Source: Phoronis australis
Taxonomy: Eukaryota > Animalia > Phoronida
Direction of reading: 5' to 3'
Assembly (NCBI GenBank): GCA_002633005.1
Contig: NMRA01000023.1
Coordinates: forward strand, 240,580-304,579
Length of the DNA: 64,000 nucleotides
A program made the translations under genes and the position numbers. Under the pieces are notes generated by a model. It worked only from the letters and a program-made list of their open reading frames with translations, ran no database searches and was not told where the DNA came from. The first letter of the stretch is position 1, and every line of letters begins with the position of its first letter. Below are positions 1 to 11,019 of the stretch, one piece after another.

Positions 1-19
1 TAAACCTGATGGCAGTCAC

Positions 20-360
20 ATTAAATATCATTTTTGTCTTTAAAGTGGTCCATCATTATTTTTGCAGAATGACTAGTTACGTGTACGGTATGTGATGATG
101 AGTTAAGGGAGATGCAGCGGTCACCTGTATTTTGAATGGTTAACTTCAGGATCCTAATGCTTGAGCCACTTCATTGGCATTTAGATCAGTTTTAACTGTA
201 TGAAAGTATTAAAATACTTTTATATATCTCGTTTTTTCCATGATACTTTGTATAAATTAACTGGGTGATGAGTGCTTTAACAGATTCTAGTTGCATTAAA
301 TATCACCTTTTACTTTAAAGTGGTCCAACATTGTATACAGACTGATGAGTTACGTGTGCA
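20..360. repeat. Degenerate direct repeat, two copies about 274 bp apart
   Basis: cattaaatatca...tttaaagtggtcca...agttacgtgt occurs at about 20-85 and again at about 294-358. Confidence 0.6.
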
Positions 361-2042
361 CCATAATCAATTGTCAAAGTCACGAGGTTTTGACCAAAAT
401 GTGTCGAAGCAAAGTGAATGCAGTTAATGGACGCGAAGCGAATCCAACGGAGTCTGCACATTACAAGTAGTGATATGATGTCTCTTGTGGGGATCTCGTG
501 ATGTCATCAACGTCGTTATACCGTGCCGGTCGTCATCCGGAGGAACGGGCACTTAGACAAGACCTGGTCTGAGAGAGTGCTGCTGCTGGTGGTTTATAAG
601 ACGCGCGATGAGGTTCCCTGGGAGCAGAGTGGTACACCACCACCTAAAATGGCCGTTGTTTCGAGTGACAGCTGATTTCTGCATCATGGGTACTTAATCA
701 AATGCCACTATATGCAATGAGGTTTCTGAGAGAACACCGCCCACTTTAAAGGCCATGGTGCCAAAATGACTATTTTTATATCTAAAATATGTATTTTGAT
801 GAAAACACCAACATACGGTGTCATAGCATACCCCAGTTATTAATTAAGTAGGCCTTGACAATATAGTAGGCTCGTGACGAACCCCGTTTACCGCAAAAAA
901 CTTGAAATGGCGCTTGCACCAATCGAAGTCTACAACATCATCGTTACAACGATTCTGGCTTTCACCGTGTCACCATAGTATTGGAATAAGCGATGACTGG
1001 CAGTTTAATTTAGTGCAAAATACGTGGAAAATCGGGGAAACACATTAATTCTTCATTTGATGTCAATTAATATTAAAATTGATCAAAATCATTACTTTTA
1101 GTATTTTTTATCCAATTATTTAGCATATTCTTATACGGGCCCGTATGGGAATCCCCGGGAGGGTGACTGGGGTCGCCGAAACAGTCTGAAAAAACGCTTC
1201 TTCTGAATCGTTATCAGGCACTTTTTACACTGCTTATTATGAAGTGTAGTTTGCTTGATCCAAAAAATTTCATGTTAGGAACCTTGCATCCATGTCTTCT
1301 TGAAGCCGAAGGTATGAACGCTGCGCGATTCCAGTCCGGGCCGCTGTCGAGTGTTTTTCTTGTACTGGGATCGGTGACAATAGGCTGTTTAATATGGTGC
1401 AAAATACGTGGCAACGTTAAAACATATAATTAGCTTGATATTTTCTTACAAAGCAGTTATGTTCGAATTCACTGAAAATTTTATATGAGAAACTTAATTT
1501 TCAAAATAATTCGCCTTAAAATCCTGTAACCTGTAGCCGCCGCCGTTTTGACTTGGTCAACCTCAAAACATTGAAAATTAAATAGCAACACAACGTTGGG
1601 AATATCAGTAATAAATTGAAACTATGAAATAAAGTCAGGATTGCATAAAAACATACCGCATTATAATGATTTGTAATCAATTGAACGTTCTAAATTCAAT
1701 CAAAAATAAATTCCGATATGGCCGCCAGTATCAGAATTCCGTTAGGCCTATGGGAAGGACCCAAATCAGAATATTCCGATTTGGGCCGGACTTCCTATAC
1801 GTCGGACCGGAACCCTCAGTAACAGGAACCGCTGAACTGTGCACTGTAGATCTTAATTGTAGGTTGCAAGCTAGCTGTTTGAAGACTATTGCCAAAATAC
1901 AACTACAACGGGGCTATGCGGAAAATTCTCCTCGCGGTGTCGCTGCTGTACTAGTGGTGATTGAATTACGCATGCGTGGCTGTCTGCATGTAAACAACAG
2001 GTAAAAGATGGAATTTTTATCAAAATACGTCATCGCGCTAAG

Positions 2043-3118
2043 CCTTATTACTGCTAATTTCCCTGGTGCAAGTCTTCGACAGGTGGCCACAAATTCCCAA
2101 AATACCTAAGGTTACTATATTCGTGGACAATTGCGGTCAACAGGGTCAACTAACTGACAAAAAGTATGTGGATGCTGAAGCCCCGTGTGTGCTCTATGTC
2201 TATGACTATGCAGTTCCATTCGGAGACTACACAACATTACTTGGTAAGTTTTTAGCACTGAATCAGTTTCTATCAGCATCGTTCGGTGATGTTATCCCCA
2301 CCAGTTACCCCCAATGAATAACAGGTTTATTGAGTGGAAATACATGTAAGTGTTTCTTTTAGGAAACTCACCCGATGTCGGGTAGGCTAGCAGCACATAT
2401 TCATATTGTCCTGGGTGGGAGTGCTCCCAAAATAAGAGGTGTATGGTACGTGATGCACAGAAGTCAAGGGTGACTTTTTCACAGCAGTTTCTCTTCAAAA
2501 CTATGCTGTTTCCAATAAAATTCTCTTGATGAGTGAGTTTCCTTATTTTGTCGTGGACCCCACCCCCAGGACTACCAGATCAGTTATCGAATTAACATGA
2601 ATAAGCCTTAATTCAGTAAATGTCGTAAATAAGACTTGGGTACAAAGGTTATTATTTTCTACACATAAACATGAAGATGAAATGTCAAGTATGTTCTGCC
2701 TTACAAAAGTAGTTTTGTCTTGTCTTTTCTTTTGCAATTTGCCAATATTTCTCCGACTATTCTATTACAGGTGAGAAAAAACAACTGAAACCAACCGCCC
2801 GACCATCTACTTTACCTTTGGTCAAAGTGAAAAGCAATCCTTCAGCAATAACCTGAGAGAATTGAACGTAATTCATAAATTTAGCACTTGATATGCCTGA
2901 TTATGGACTCCGTCGCAATGTTGTTTCTTTCTGTGCTTTTTCAGTTTGCCATTTGTTTTTAAATACACTGACAATTGTTTATTCTCGAATCTTGTGTATA
3001 GCAGATTCTTATCCAGCTAGCTACAATTGAAAACATACAATAAGACAATCGATGCAGTCGCTGAATGTCATTTCCCCATAATGTGTACCAAATTGAAAAG
3101 TTTTTACCAATAGTATAA
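2043..3118 (+). pseudogene. THAP-domain transposase remnant, internally deleted
   Basis: Translation gives PYYC*FPWCKSSTGGHKFPK...SWTIAVNRV...VCS, then a GT donor at 2244 and an AG acceptor at 2770, then GEKKQLKPTARPS (matches the THAP LKxxAVP box). It has stops and frameshifts, and no DDE core is recognisable. Confidence 0.65.
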
Positions 3119-3174
3119 AGCCTTTCTTCTGAAAGGAAAATTTAATGTCACTCAGCTTTTGGCTTTCATTTCAC

Positions 3175-5260
3175 TGGGATCTAGTTTCAATGGCCTATAG
3201 AAGTGCTTGTAAAAAAGGTCCAGTTTCAACACGTGGCTTTCTTTCATGTAACCTCATTCAGCCTCAATAACATCCACAATTAGACCCTTGAAGGTGCACA
3301 GCAGCATATCACTTGAATCGTTTTGACCCCAAAATCAGACCCTGAAATAGACCAGAGTGTCACTAGGTCTTCTTTAGCTTCAGTCCCTCATGTTTCATCC
3401 AGGAAAGGAAATAAGCTATTGTCCACACATGACTCATTGCCTATGAAAGGGCATCCTCACCAACAAGGCTTATTTGTGTAGCAGTCAGATATAGTTCGTC
3501 TGAATACACAGACAGTCCACTTGCACATTGTCTTATGGAACCTTAGTACTGAGATTCACATTTCTCCAGGGCCACTGACTTGTACATTGTGCCATGCAGC
3601 ACTGCTGGTGTGTGGAAGTGTTGTGGGAAGAGAACGGAGTAACAAAGCTTGTCTATGATACAGCTTGAAGTGGCCTTAAAATGTCACTGAACCTGGAACA
3701 AATATTGAAATATGAATAATTAAGTACTCCAGATTGGATCAAAAATGTTATCCCTGTTTTTCAAAAATGTATGGTGACTGCTCTACAGCTTCACATAAAA
3801 TTAAACACTTACTATTTTCAGAAACCAAGAATGTATTTAATAAGTATTGCATAAAACTATGTCTTTATTTTTTATTCCTAGTCATAACAATTCTTTAAAC
3901 GCATCACTTTTCTGCAAAATATACAAGTTTTTTGAGAAAACTTCAAACCTTTGTTACCCATTTTCAAGCCTTTTTAATTTTGATACTTTCAGCAATTTTT
4001 AACTCAGATTACAGGTTCATGGGTCTGTCAAGCATACTTCTAGTCGAAGGCTGAGGGAACCGTTTCTCAGACTTTTAATTTTTCTTCTAATAGAAGATGT
4101 GAAGACTTGGGTTATTTAAAAATGATGGATAATCTTTCTGTTGTTTAAGAGTAATTACAAATAGTAAGGCACCATCAAAATGCAATTTTCACAAAAATGA
4201 CAGTCATTTGAATTTATAACGACTTGCAACATTTCAAGGCATGAGTTAAGACTATTCAGTCACTGTGAATTCAGAAAATGTAATATATTTTCATGGGTTT
4301 ACAATTGATACAAGTAGCAAAACAGTTTCATGAAATCAACTTGAAAGGACTTCATGAAGGTTAAGAATTACCTCACCATGCTCTTTTCCCCAAACATGTA
4401 TTACTTGTTACTTCCACACATTCAGTTGTACCAAATATTACAACCCCAACCCGCCATGCCAATCCCCCGCTAAGGACCTGAATAAGTAAATTAAGAAAAT
4501 GACTTACATACCTTTCTTTAAAAATAGCTGTTCCTTTTCAAAGGCTTTGTTCGTTGTCTCCAATATTGAAAGTAGGCTTTGACAACAGATCTGGACTTGA
4601 TGGGAAGATCTTGTTGGTTAGTTGCAGTCAAATGCTAAAAACCAATTTTTGTCCTTTCAGGGACGGTGCAGAAGCGATGCATATCTCCTCTGCACGGTAC
4701 AAGCCTTCAAACCTAAAAACCAAAGGTTACGTGAAAACTGACGTGATAGATTTCCATTTCAACGTGTAATAGATTTCCAGAAGACATATGATAGGGAGTA
4801 AACAAATAGTCTAATGCATATATTTATCACTCACGTACCCTTTGCCAATGGGATTGGATTGTAATCTTAACTCATTAACCTGTATCGAGTTGACAGCATA
4901 AACATTCAGCAGTGATTGATGTAACTGTCACTGATAAACTTTTAGAAATCATTCCAAACAATAATAATGCTTTGACGTAATGCTTTGACGTACGAAAAGA
5001 TCCTGATTGCTACGTCAAGTATCGTATCACATATCACAACATACAAAGATTAACCAGACTCTGGCTGGCGACTGACTGCCGCGAAGTCGACATCGGCGAG
5101 TGCCTCAGTTAACAGGCATCGGTAGAATAATCATGGAATAATCGTTAAAATAATCACAAACCTTACCTTTGTATGAGGTCGTGCTTACTTCCTCTCATAG
5201 AAGCACCCTTTTTACGCAATCTCAGATTCAGTTGGCACGGCTGCAAGCCATTTCACCATG
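3175..5260 (-). pseudogene. Intron-containing SAP-domain + YqaJ-like (lambda exonuclease family) gene remnant
   Basis: Exon about 5260-5167 reads QLNLRLRKKGASMRGSKHDLIQR (SAP-like) followed by gtaagg. A second exon spans 4712-4512. The exon from 3692 gives TPAVLHGTMYKSVALEK...SGLSVYSDELYLTATQISLVGED...GLIVDVIEA...KLDLFYKHFYRP, which matches the YqaJ motif order. It has stops and frameshifts. Confidence 0.7.
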
Positions 5261-5351
5261 TATTTAAAGGGCTCGCGAAATCAAGGCTGTTAATCTATCA
5301 CCACTAGTACACGCACGCCCTCTAGTTATTGTAGATTTTCCGAATAGCCCC

Positions 5352-6025
5352 ACTGTAGGCAACACTGGGAATTGAGCTCCGTTAATTCTGTTTGTCAACT
5401 CGTTGTGAAACTTATATCGCAGAGCCAACGACCGACGGGAGTGCATGCAAAATCTGGGAGACAATTCCGACACTCACCTTGCCCGTTGCCAGCCGCTTAA
5501 ATGAAAAATGTCATTTTTAGCATAATTCTCCGTCTTTTAAGCTTTGTAACAAAGAAAGCCTGACGTTTTGAAAGCAGTATGCTCGTGACACGCGCACGCG
5601 CCGTCCTAATACATCTCTTGGGACATGATCACAGCTTTGCAGCAGCAAAGTTTGATCTAAGACTCGTTTTGCTAGTCTTAAAAATGATAAAACTTGTAAC
5701 GAAATCAAACCAGTTCCGACAATTTGTTGTGAAATGTACACAACCTCGTGGCAGCGAATAACAGTTGGTAGAGGAATAAACGGGGGGAAAGAAACTGTTC
5801 AGGTCAGGTGGTGTAATCGCCGAAAGCCGACTTACAAGAGAGCACTTTGATTTCAGCAGTAGATGAGCGGTAGTACGCCAGATTTTCCAGCAATGGTAGG
5901 CTAAATAATTTGGTTTACTCAAAAAAGAACTTGTAACTTTTAATGACACTACTTTTGTGTCAGATTTTATTTAGTCATTTTTACCCACATCGACGCAAAG
6001 CTGAAGGTTTTGTGTACAGCTTTGC
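5352..6025 (-). repeat. Unclassified interspersed repeat family A (continues at about 1860-1909)
   Basis: Its reverse complement aligns by eye with 43810-44575, e.g. gcgcgtgcgcgtg, agattttgcatgcac, taaaatctga.acaaaa..agtgtcattaaaa. Confidence 0.75.
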
Positions 6026-6027
6026 AT

Positions 6028-6192
6028 CTAGTGTGAGCATAGACCTTGCTGATCGGCAATTTTGTCGCCAGTCCTCGTCTTGGATACAAATCTATTCCAA
6101 GCACGGCACAGGACGGGATCGGTGGGTACGTTGTGCAAATGAATGCCATTGCCGCTGATATTGCTACACCCGCAAACGCTCCAACGCGGCAT
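6028..6192 (-). pseudogene. THAP domain fragment, probably from a Kolobok-like DNA transposon
   Basis: MPRWSVCGCSN...LHNVPTDPVLCRAWNRFVSKTR...LCSH fits the C2CH THAP pattern with the first Cys mutated. It is truncated where repeat A starts. A CCT-TTAA terminus-like sequence lies at 6477-6483. Confidence 0.65.
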
Positions 6193-7167
6193 TTTAGCCC
6201 AGAGATCGACAAGTACAGAACGTCCAAGAAATGACACTCAGCTGTTACGCAGTGTGGCTTCGGAGAAGTTTCGTGGCCACGATGATGTCACACGAACCAC
6301 TTAACGCAGATTGGTAGAGATTGTTACTGGGGCGCTCGAAGCGTCTACGAATTATGACCGGTGTAATTTGCGTCGCAATTAATTACTTTCTGTGGTATGT
6401 AAGAAGCAAAAACGTTATTTTTTGTACAATACATACATTCCTGGTGTCAAAAATGTGTTTTAACCGCTGGATGCTGCCTTTAAAGACTAATATTAGTAGT
6501 AAAGTAATACCAACACAAATAGGCTGAATGTTTATATTATATTGATATATTTTTACTAACTTGATGAATGCAAAGGAAAGAGTATATTTAAGGCATATGG
6601 TTTGTACAGATAAACGAAGTACCAGTTCAAAATTTGGTCCATTGATCTTCAGAATTTCGGCATTATATTTACCTTGTTGACTGTGAGAGTGTGTTGATTC
6701 TCAACTTCACCCACAGCGTTCTGTTTAATTCACTGCTATTCTTCAACCAAGGTTCATAATGAAGCTGAACGATTCAGCCAGTATACAGATCGTTGTTTCA
6801 AATAGCTTTGTTCCTACTGTTTAAACGGTATTGTTCAACTTCAAAGCGTGTGTAAGGAAGCTTCACAATTATTTGTTTTAGCTTTTTTCATCCATTTAGT
6901 CACCCAAAACTATTTTCTGTTTCAAAGGTCGTTTGGTTCTAGCACTGAATTTTGAGCAAGGCATTTAAAATAATTGCACTTCATTGGTTCACATTACTTC
7001 CTAAATAACGTTAAGTTTAGTCATTCCATCAATGTCCTGGACTCCCTGTGAGTTGCAATTTGCCGCCAATTATTGAACTTGAAACCTTTCTCATTAACGA
7101 TATTTCTCAGGCTCAATTGTTGGAACACTGTTTGACCGATTCATTGATTATGCTTTCCATGTCTTAC

Positions 7168-10100
7168 TAGTCGGTGGGCCAGATTTTGTAGGGCCTCTAG
7201 AAAATGGTTTTTGTGAGTACTTTAGGGGGGCAATTTTATTTTGGTGTTTTTTAATTCATTTATTAGAGTGTTTTCAAAATCTAAAAAGTTACCACATATA
7301 AAGTTGCACATTTTTGAGAAATTTGAGTTTAAAGTTGCCTAATAATCACCAAAGAGCTTAGTAAACTTATATTTGTAAAAACAACAGTTTTGGTGACTTT
7401 TTTGTAAAACAATATGGTCCCATCAGTGCCATTGTATTGAACAATATTACACTCACATTACAAGTTTTACTATGTAAATTGTTAATTAACAGTGAAATTA
7501 AAAAATGTAAAGAGACACCTAGTGGCGAAAATGCAAACTAAGTCTGAATGTTACTAGGAAGTTATTCTGGCATTGTCAGGCAACAAAAATAACACAAACA
7601 CTTGAGACTGGGCAAAATTTGTGCCTCAATGACTAAAACATTGACTAATGGTGTAAAATACAGCTTGTTTGCATAATACACCAGAAATACGTTATAGTAC
7701 AAAAACAATATAGGTGAATGATCTCTGTGAATGTGCACAAAGACTGTATGAAAATAATAGATTATTCTGACAGCGTTTATCAAGCAGTATGAGACAAATA
7801 CATGACAATGATCAAAGTATGTACTTTCTATGACTTAATCAACAAATAAAATTAACTTTTTAATACAAAAAAGGAAATAACGGGGTTGGAGGTCTATTTA
7901 GGGTTGACTTGTCAAAGAACTATCCAATGTTATGCAGTCAGTGTTGCTGATGTTACTACAGTTGTCACAGCTGCACATTTCTGTACAGTTTGACCCAGCA
8001 TTGCAGCACAAACTCAGTTTCCCAGCACACATGTTCTTTTTGCACTTGCAGCGTTCATCGTTTAGTACTGTCAATGGAGATGCGGTCATTGCCATACATA
8101 TTAACTGCAAAGCTCCACCGCCAAGGAACCAACTATGGTCGATTAGAGAGGGTACAGCACTGCACACTGGTGATTAGCCCGCAGGCAATGAAGGGTCAAA
8201 CACTAAGTCCTTGTTTGGAGGCGGGCACTATTTGGGCAAACGTTTGATTCAAAATATGTTATAATGGGCTGTGTTAATTAGAGTCAGCAAGTGAATTATT
8301 GAACACTAGCCTCAATTCACTTTCGTATCTCTTAGTCAGGCACAAACTACAACAGTGAGTAGCTTCAACAATATTTCTTAAGATTGCCTGTCCAAATAAC
8401 TTCATGCACACCAGCTTTCTGAAGAACAGCTTCAAAGTCTTGCTTTAGTTTTGAAAGGCAAATGACATCTCTTTGTGTTAGAAGCTTCGATTCAATGAAC
8501 TCCAAACAAAACTGTAGAAAAACATCTCTGAAAACTGTGAATTCGTCACTCTTCACAATCGTTGTCTTTCTATTTTTTATAGCATGATGATCTGTGGTAC
8601 TTGGCTTCTAAGACACAAGGTCTTTATCTTTGAATTTCATTTGCATATTCAGGGCTCTGGACTGAGCTGTTGCTTGCGATACAAGTCCAACTGAAAAAAA
8701 CCCGAACTGTTAACACTAATTTAACATTCAACTATGAGTGAGTTGGCATGCAACTTTTTCAGACGGACTTATCAGGAACTGATCCACCACCAGCCTAACA
8801 AATTTACATGCCGTCTGATCTGTAGCCTAATAATGTTGATCGTCTAATAATTAGATCAGTTGATGCAACTGAAAATAAATCAGCTGATATACCAGTGCAA
8901 TGATTGAAATTTAATTTTTCTAAATCAGATGCTCAAACCATAGTCAATCGATTTACACTTAAGGTAATCGACGTTTGACGAAATGGACAGTGGCTTCCAT
9001 CGTCCTCAAATTTCGACGGCGACGATGGCCACTTAGGCACTTTAATTTAATTATCATTGCAGCTACCTAAGTAATTAATGTTTACAAAAAATTGAGACTA
9101 CAGCAGGGGATGACGGCCACTTGGGCATGTTGTTTGCAACCATCTACTCCATTTAACCTTCTCAAAAATTTTTGACTTAAAGTGCTTTAAAATCACACCC
9201 ACAGTATAACGCCATAGGATTATCCCTTAGCGCAAGCAGTGTCGATGTGGCAACTGAATGGAGTGTTCGAAAAACAGGATTGCAGGAGTATTTGTTTAAA
9301 CTGGGAACAAATGAAAACATTAACGACCTCCTCAGAGGCATCTCTCTACGCGGTACTTCTAAACTTATAGGAACATAATTTGCCGAAAAGTATCCGGCAT
9401 ATGAAGTACCTATGGTATGATCATCGTCTCTACTGGGTCAGCAGTATTGTCTAAGGCCTAGGCAGCCAAGGGGCTGAACAAGTTAAAAAACAACTGGTGA
9501 TAATACTGAAACACACATGGAAAACACCAAGATGTATTTTTAAAAAACACGTACCTGTTTTTGAAAGCTATACTTCTTTCTCTTTCTTGAAATGTGGCCC
9601 ATAATGTACTTTTCCTGCTAACAAATGATGCACTCATGTTTCAGAATGTTCCTATCTTGTTCAGGTTAATTGGGTGTTTCAGATTTTGGAAGTAATTGAT
9701 TTTCTTGGGAAATCTTGGATAACATCTGTATCACTTTCAGCAACTTCAGCTTTAGTACTACTGTTGGTGCCTTGAAACGTTGCTATGCCGTTCTATGTCC
9801 TTTCAATTTTCTGGTCTGACACTTGGTATTCTAGTCTATAGCACTCAGCAGTATACTGTGTAGGCTACCAGGGCATGCAGCTGTTTTCTGCACAAACGTT
9901 TGTGACACCTCTTCTTCTTTTTGATCTACTGATCTACAGAGTTCCACAGTCAATCAGCTTTCGTCAGGAAGCTTTCCTAAGCTTCTTTAGGCTCTGACAT
10001 CACAATTTTGTGCTGTTTGATAAACCTTGAATTATACAGGCATCACACTCCATGGGAGCAGCCATATTGAAGTAACTAAGCACAACAATACAATCTGGCT

Positions 10101-10326
10101 CTCTGATTGGTCAATTCAATAGAAAAGCGTCATCAAGTGGCAGGAATGTACATCATATTTTGTGCAACAAAAACACCTTTTTTTAAAAAAATGTGCAAGT
10201 GTAGACGTGGGAACTTTTTGGAATTTGATTTCTAGGTATATTACCTAGCCACATAGAAAAAACTAGGTTGCCCCCCCCCCAAAGTACTCACAAGGATGAA
10301 CGCTACGAGATCTGGCCCACCGACTA
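7168..10326 (-). mobile_element. Academ DNA transposon, internally deleted and decayed
   Basis: TIRs TAGTCGGTGGGCCAGAT / ATCTGGCCCACCGACTA with a subterminal TTGTGAGTACTTT-G-run. 3-bp TSD TAC (7165-7167 and 10327-10329). Minus-strand transposase fragments include the C-terminal Cys cluster HSW...CKCKKNMC...CCNAGSNCTEMCSCDNCSN (7898-8167) and 8365-8556. Confidence 0.85.
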
Positions 10327-11019
10327 TACAGCAATACTTACATTTATTGAGTGAAAGGCACACGAAACACCAAAGAAACTGTGACACAAAATTTTTGTCA
10401 TTGAAAACTGCACAATTCTTTGAGCAAAGTAAATTAGTTCTACCACGATTTTGCTTACGAATTTGTGGAATAATAATATGTGTAGGTTTTCAGTGCCATG
10501 ACATAGAACAATGATGTACATGTATTGGGTACTTTCTTTTTTCCTACGCTTAGACCAAATTTTCTATTTCTCAAGGCTGCGTTCAATTTATAACCAATTG
10601 TAAGACTTCATTTCACTTCATTTCATTTCGTTTTAATTTTTTAGTCTTCTATTACCATCAAATGGATTTTCTCAGCAAATTTTGCTTCTGCCAGGTTGTC
10701 ATAATTTCCAAACAGATGTTGCAAAAATTAATAAATGGTGCGAGCGCGTGTCACGAGCCTGCCGTTTTTCATGTAGACGAGAGACTGCTTTGTTTCAAAA
10801 GCCAGGCACATATTGTGACAACAAGGCAGTTAAATTTGTTATTCACGGTTCATCAGAAGAGATTAAATATAGTTATGTGTGGTATCTTGAAATATCTGTA
10901 TATCGTGGTTTGGTCGAGGCGTGAACAGACAGTGATCTCGCGAAAATATTTTACTCTTTGAATTCTCAGTTTTCAAACTAGCAGATAGAGATAAGAACAA
11001 GGTACACACACATTAATAC

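Larger units (their letters stand above)
1910..5351. mobile_element. Decayed ISL2EU-type (PIF/Harbinger-related) DNA transposon
   Basis: TIRs GGGGCTATGCGGAAAAT (1910) and ATTTTCCGAATAGCCCC (ends 5351). Both ends share a subterminal TGTACTAGTGGTGAT motif. AC flanks both ends as a 2-bp TSD. Inside are convergent THAP and YqaJ pseudogenes. The two flanks rejoin into a repeat seen uninterrupted near 44.5 kb. Confidence 0.8.

Noticed and set aside
470-660. CLLWGSR-like Gypsy pol fragment
   Set aside because: Only one short motif, and the following frames could not be rebuilt.
2543-2810. Minus-strand GRRLV.../VNS...LGVG resembling a Mutator/Kolobok transposase
   Set aside because: It overlaps the better-supported plus-strand THAP intron and exon, so it is likely chance.
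5990-6032. Hairpin GCAAAGCTG...CAGCTTTGC + CTAG as a Helitron 3' end for repeat A
   Set aside because: The hairpin is almost adjacent to CTAG and is not conserved in the 43.8-kb copy.
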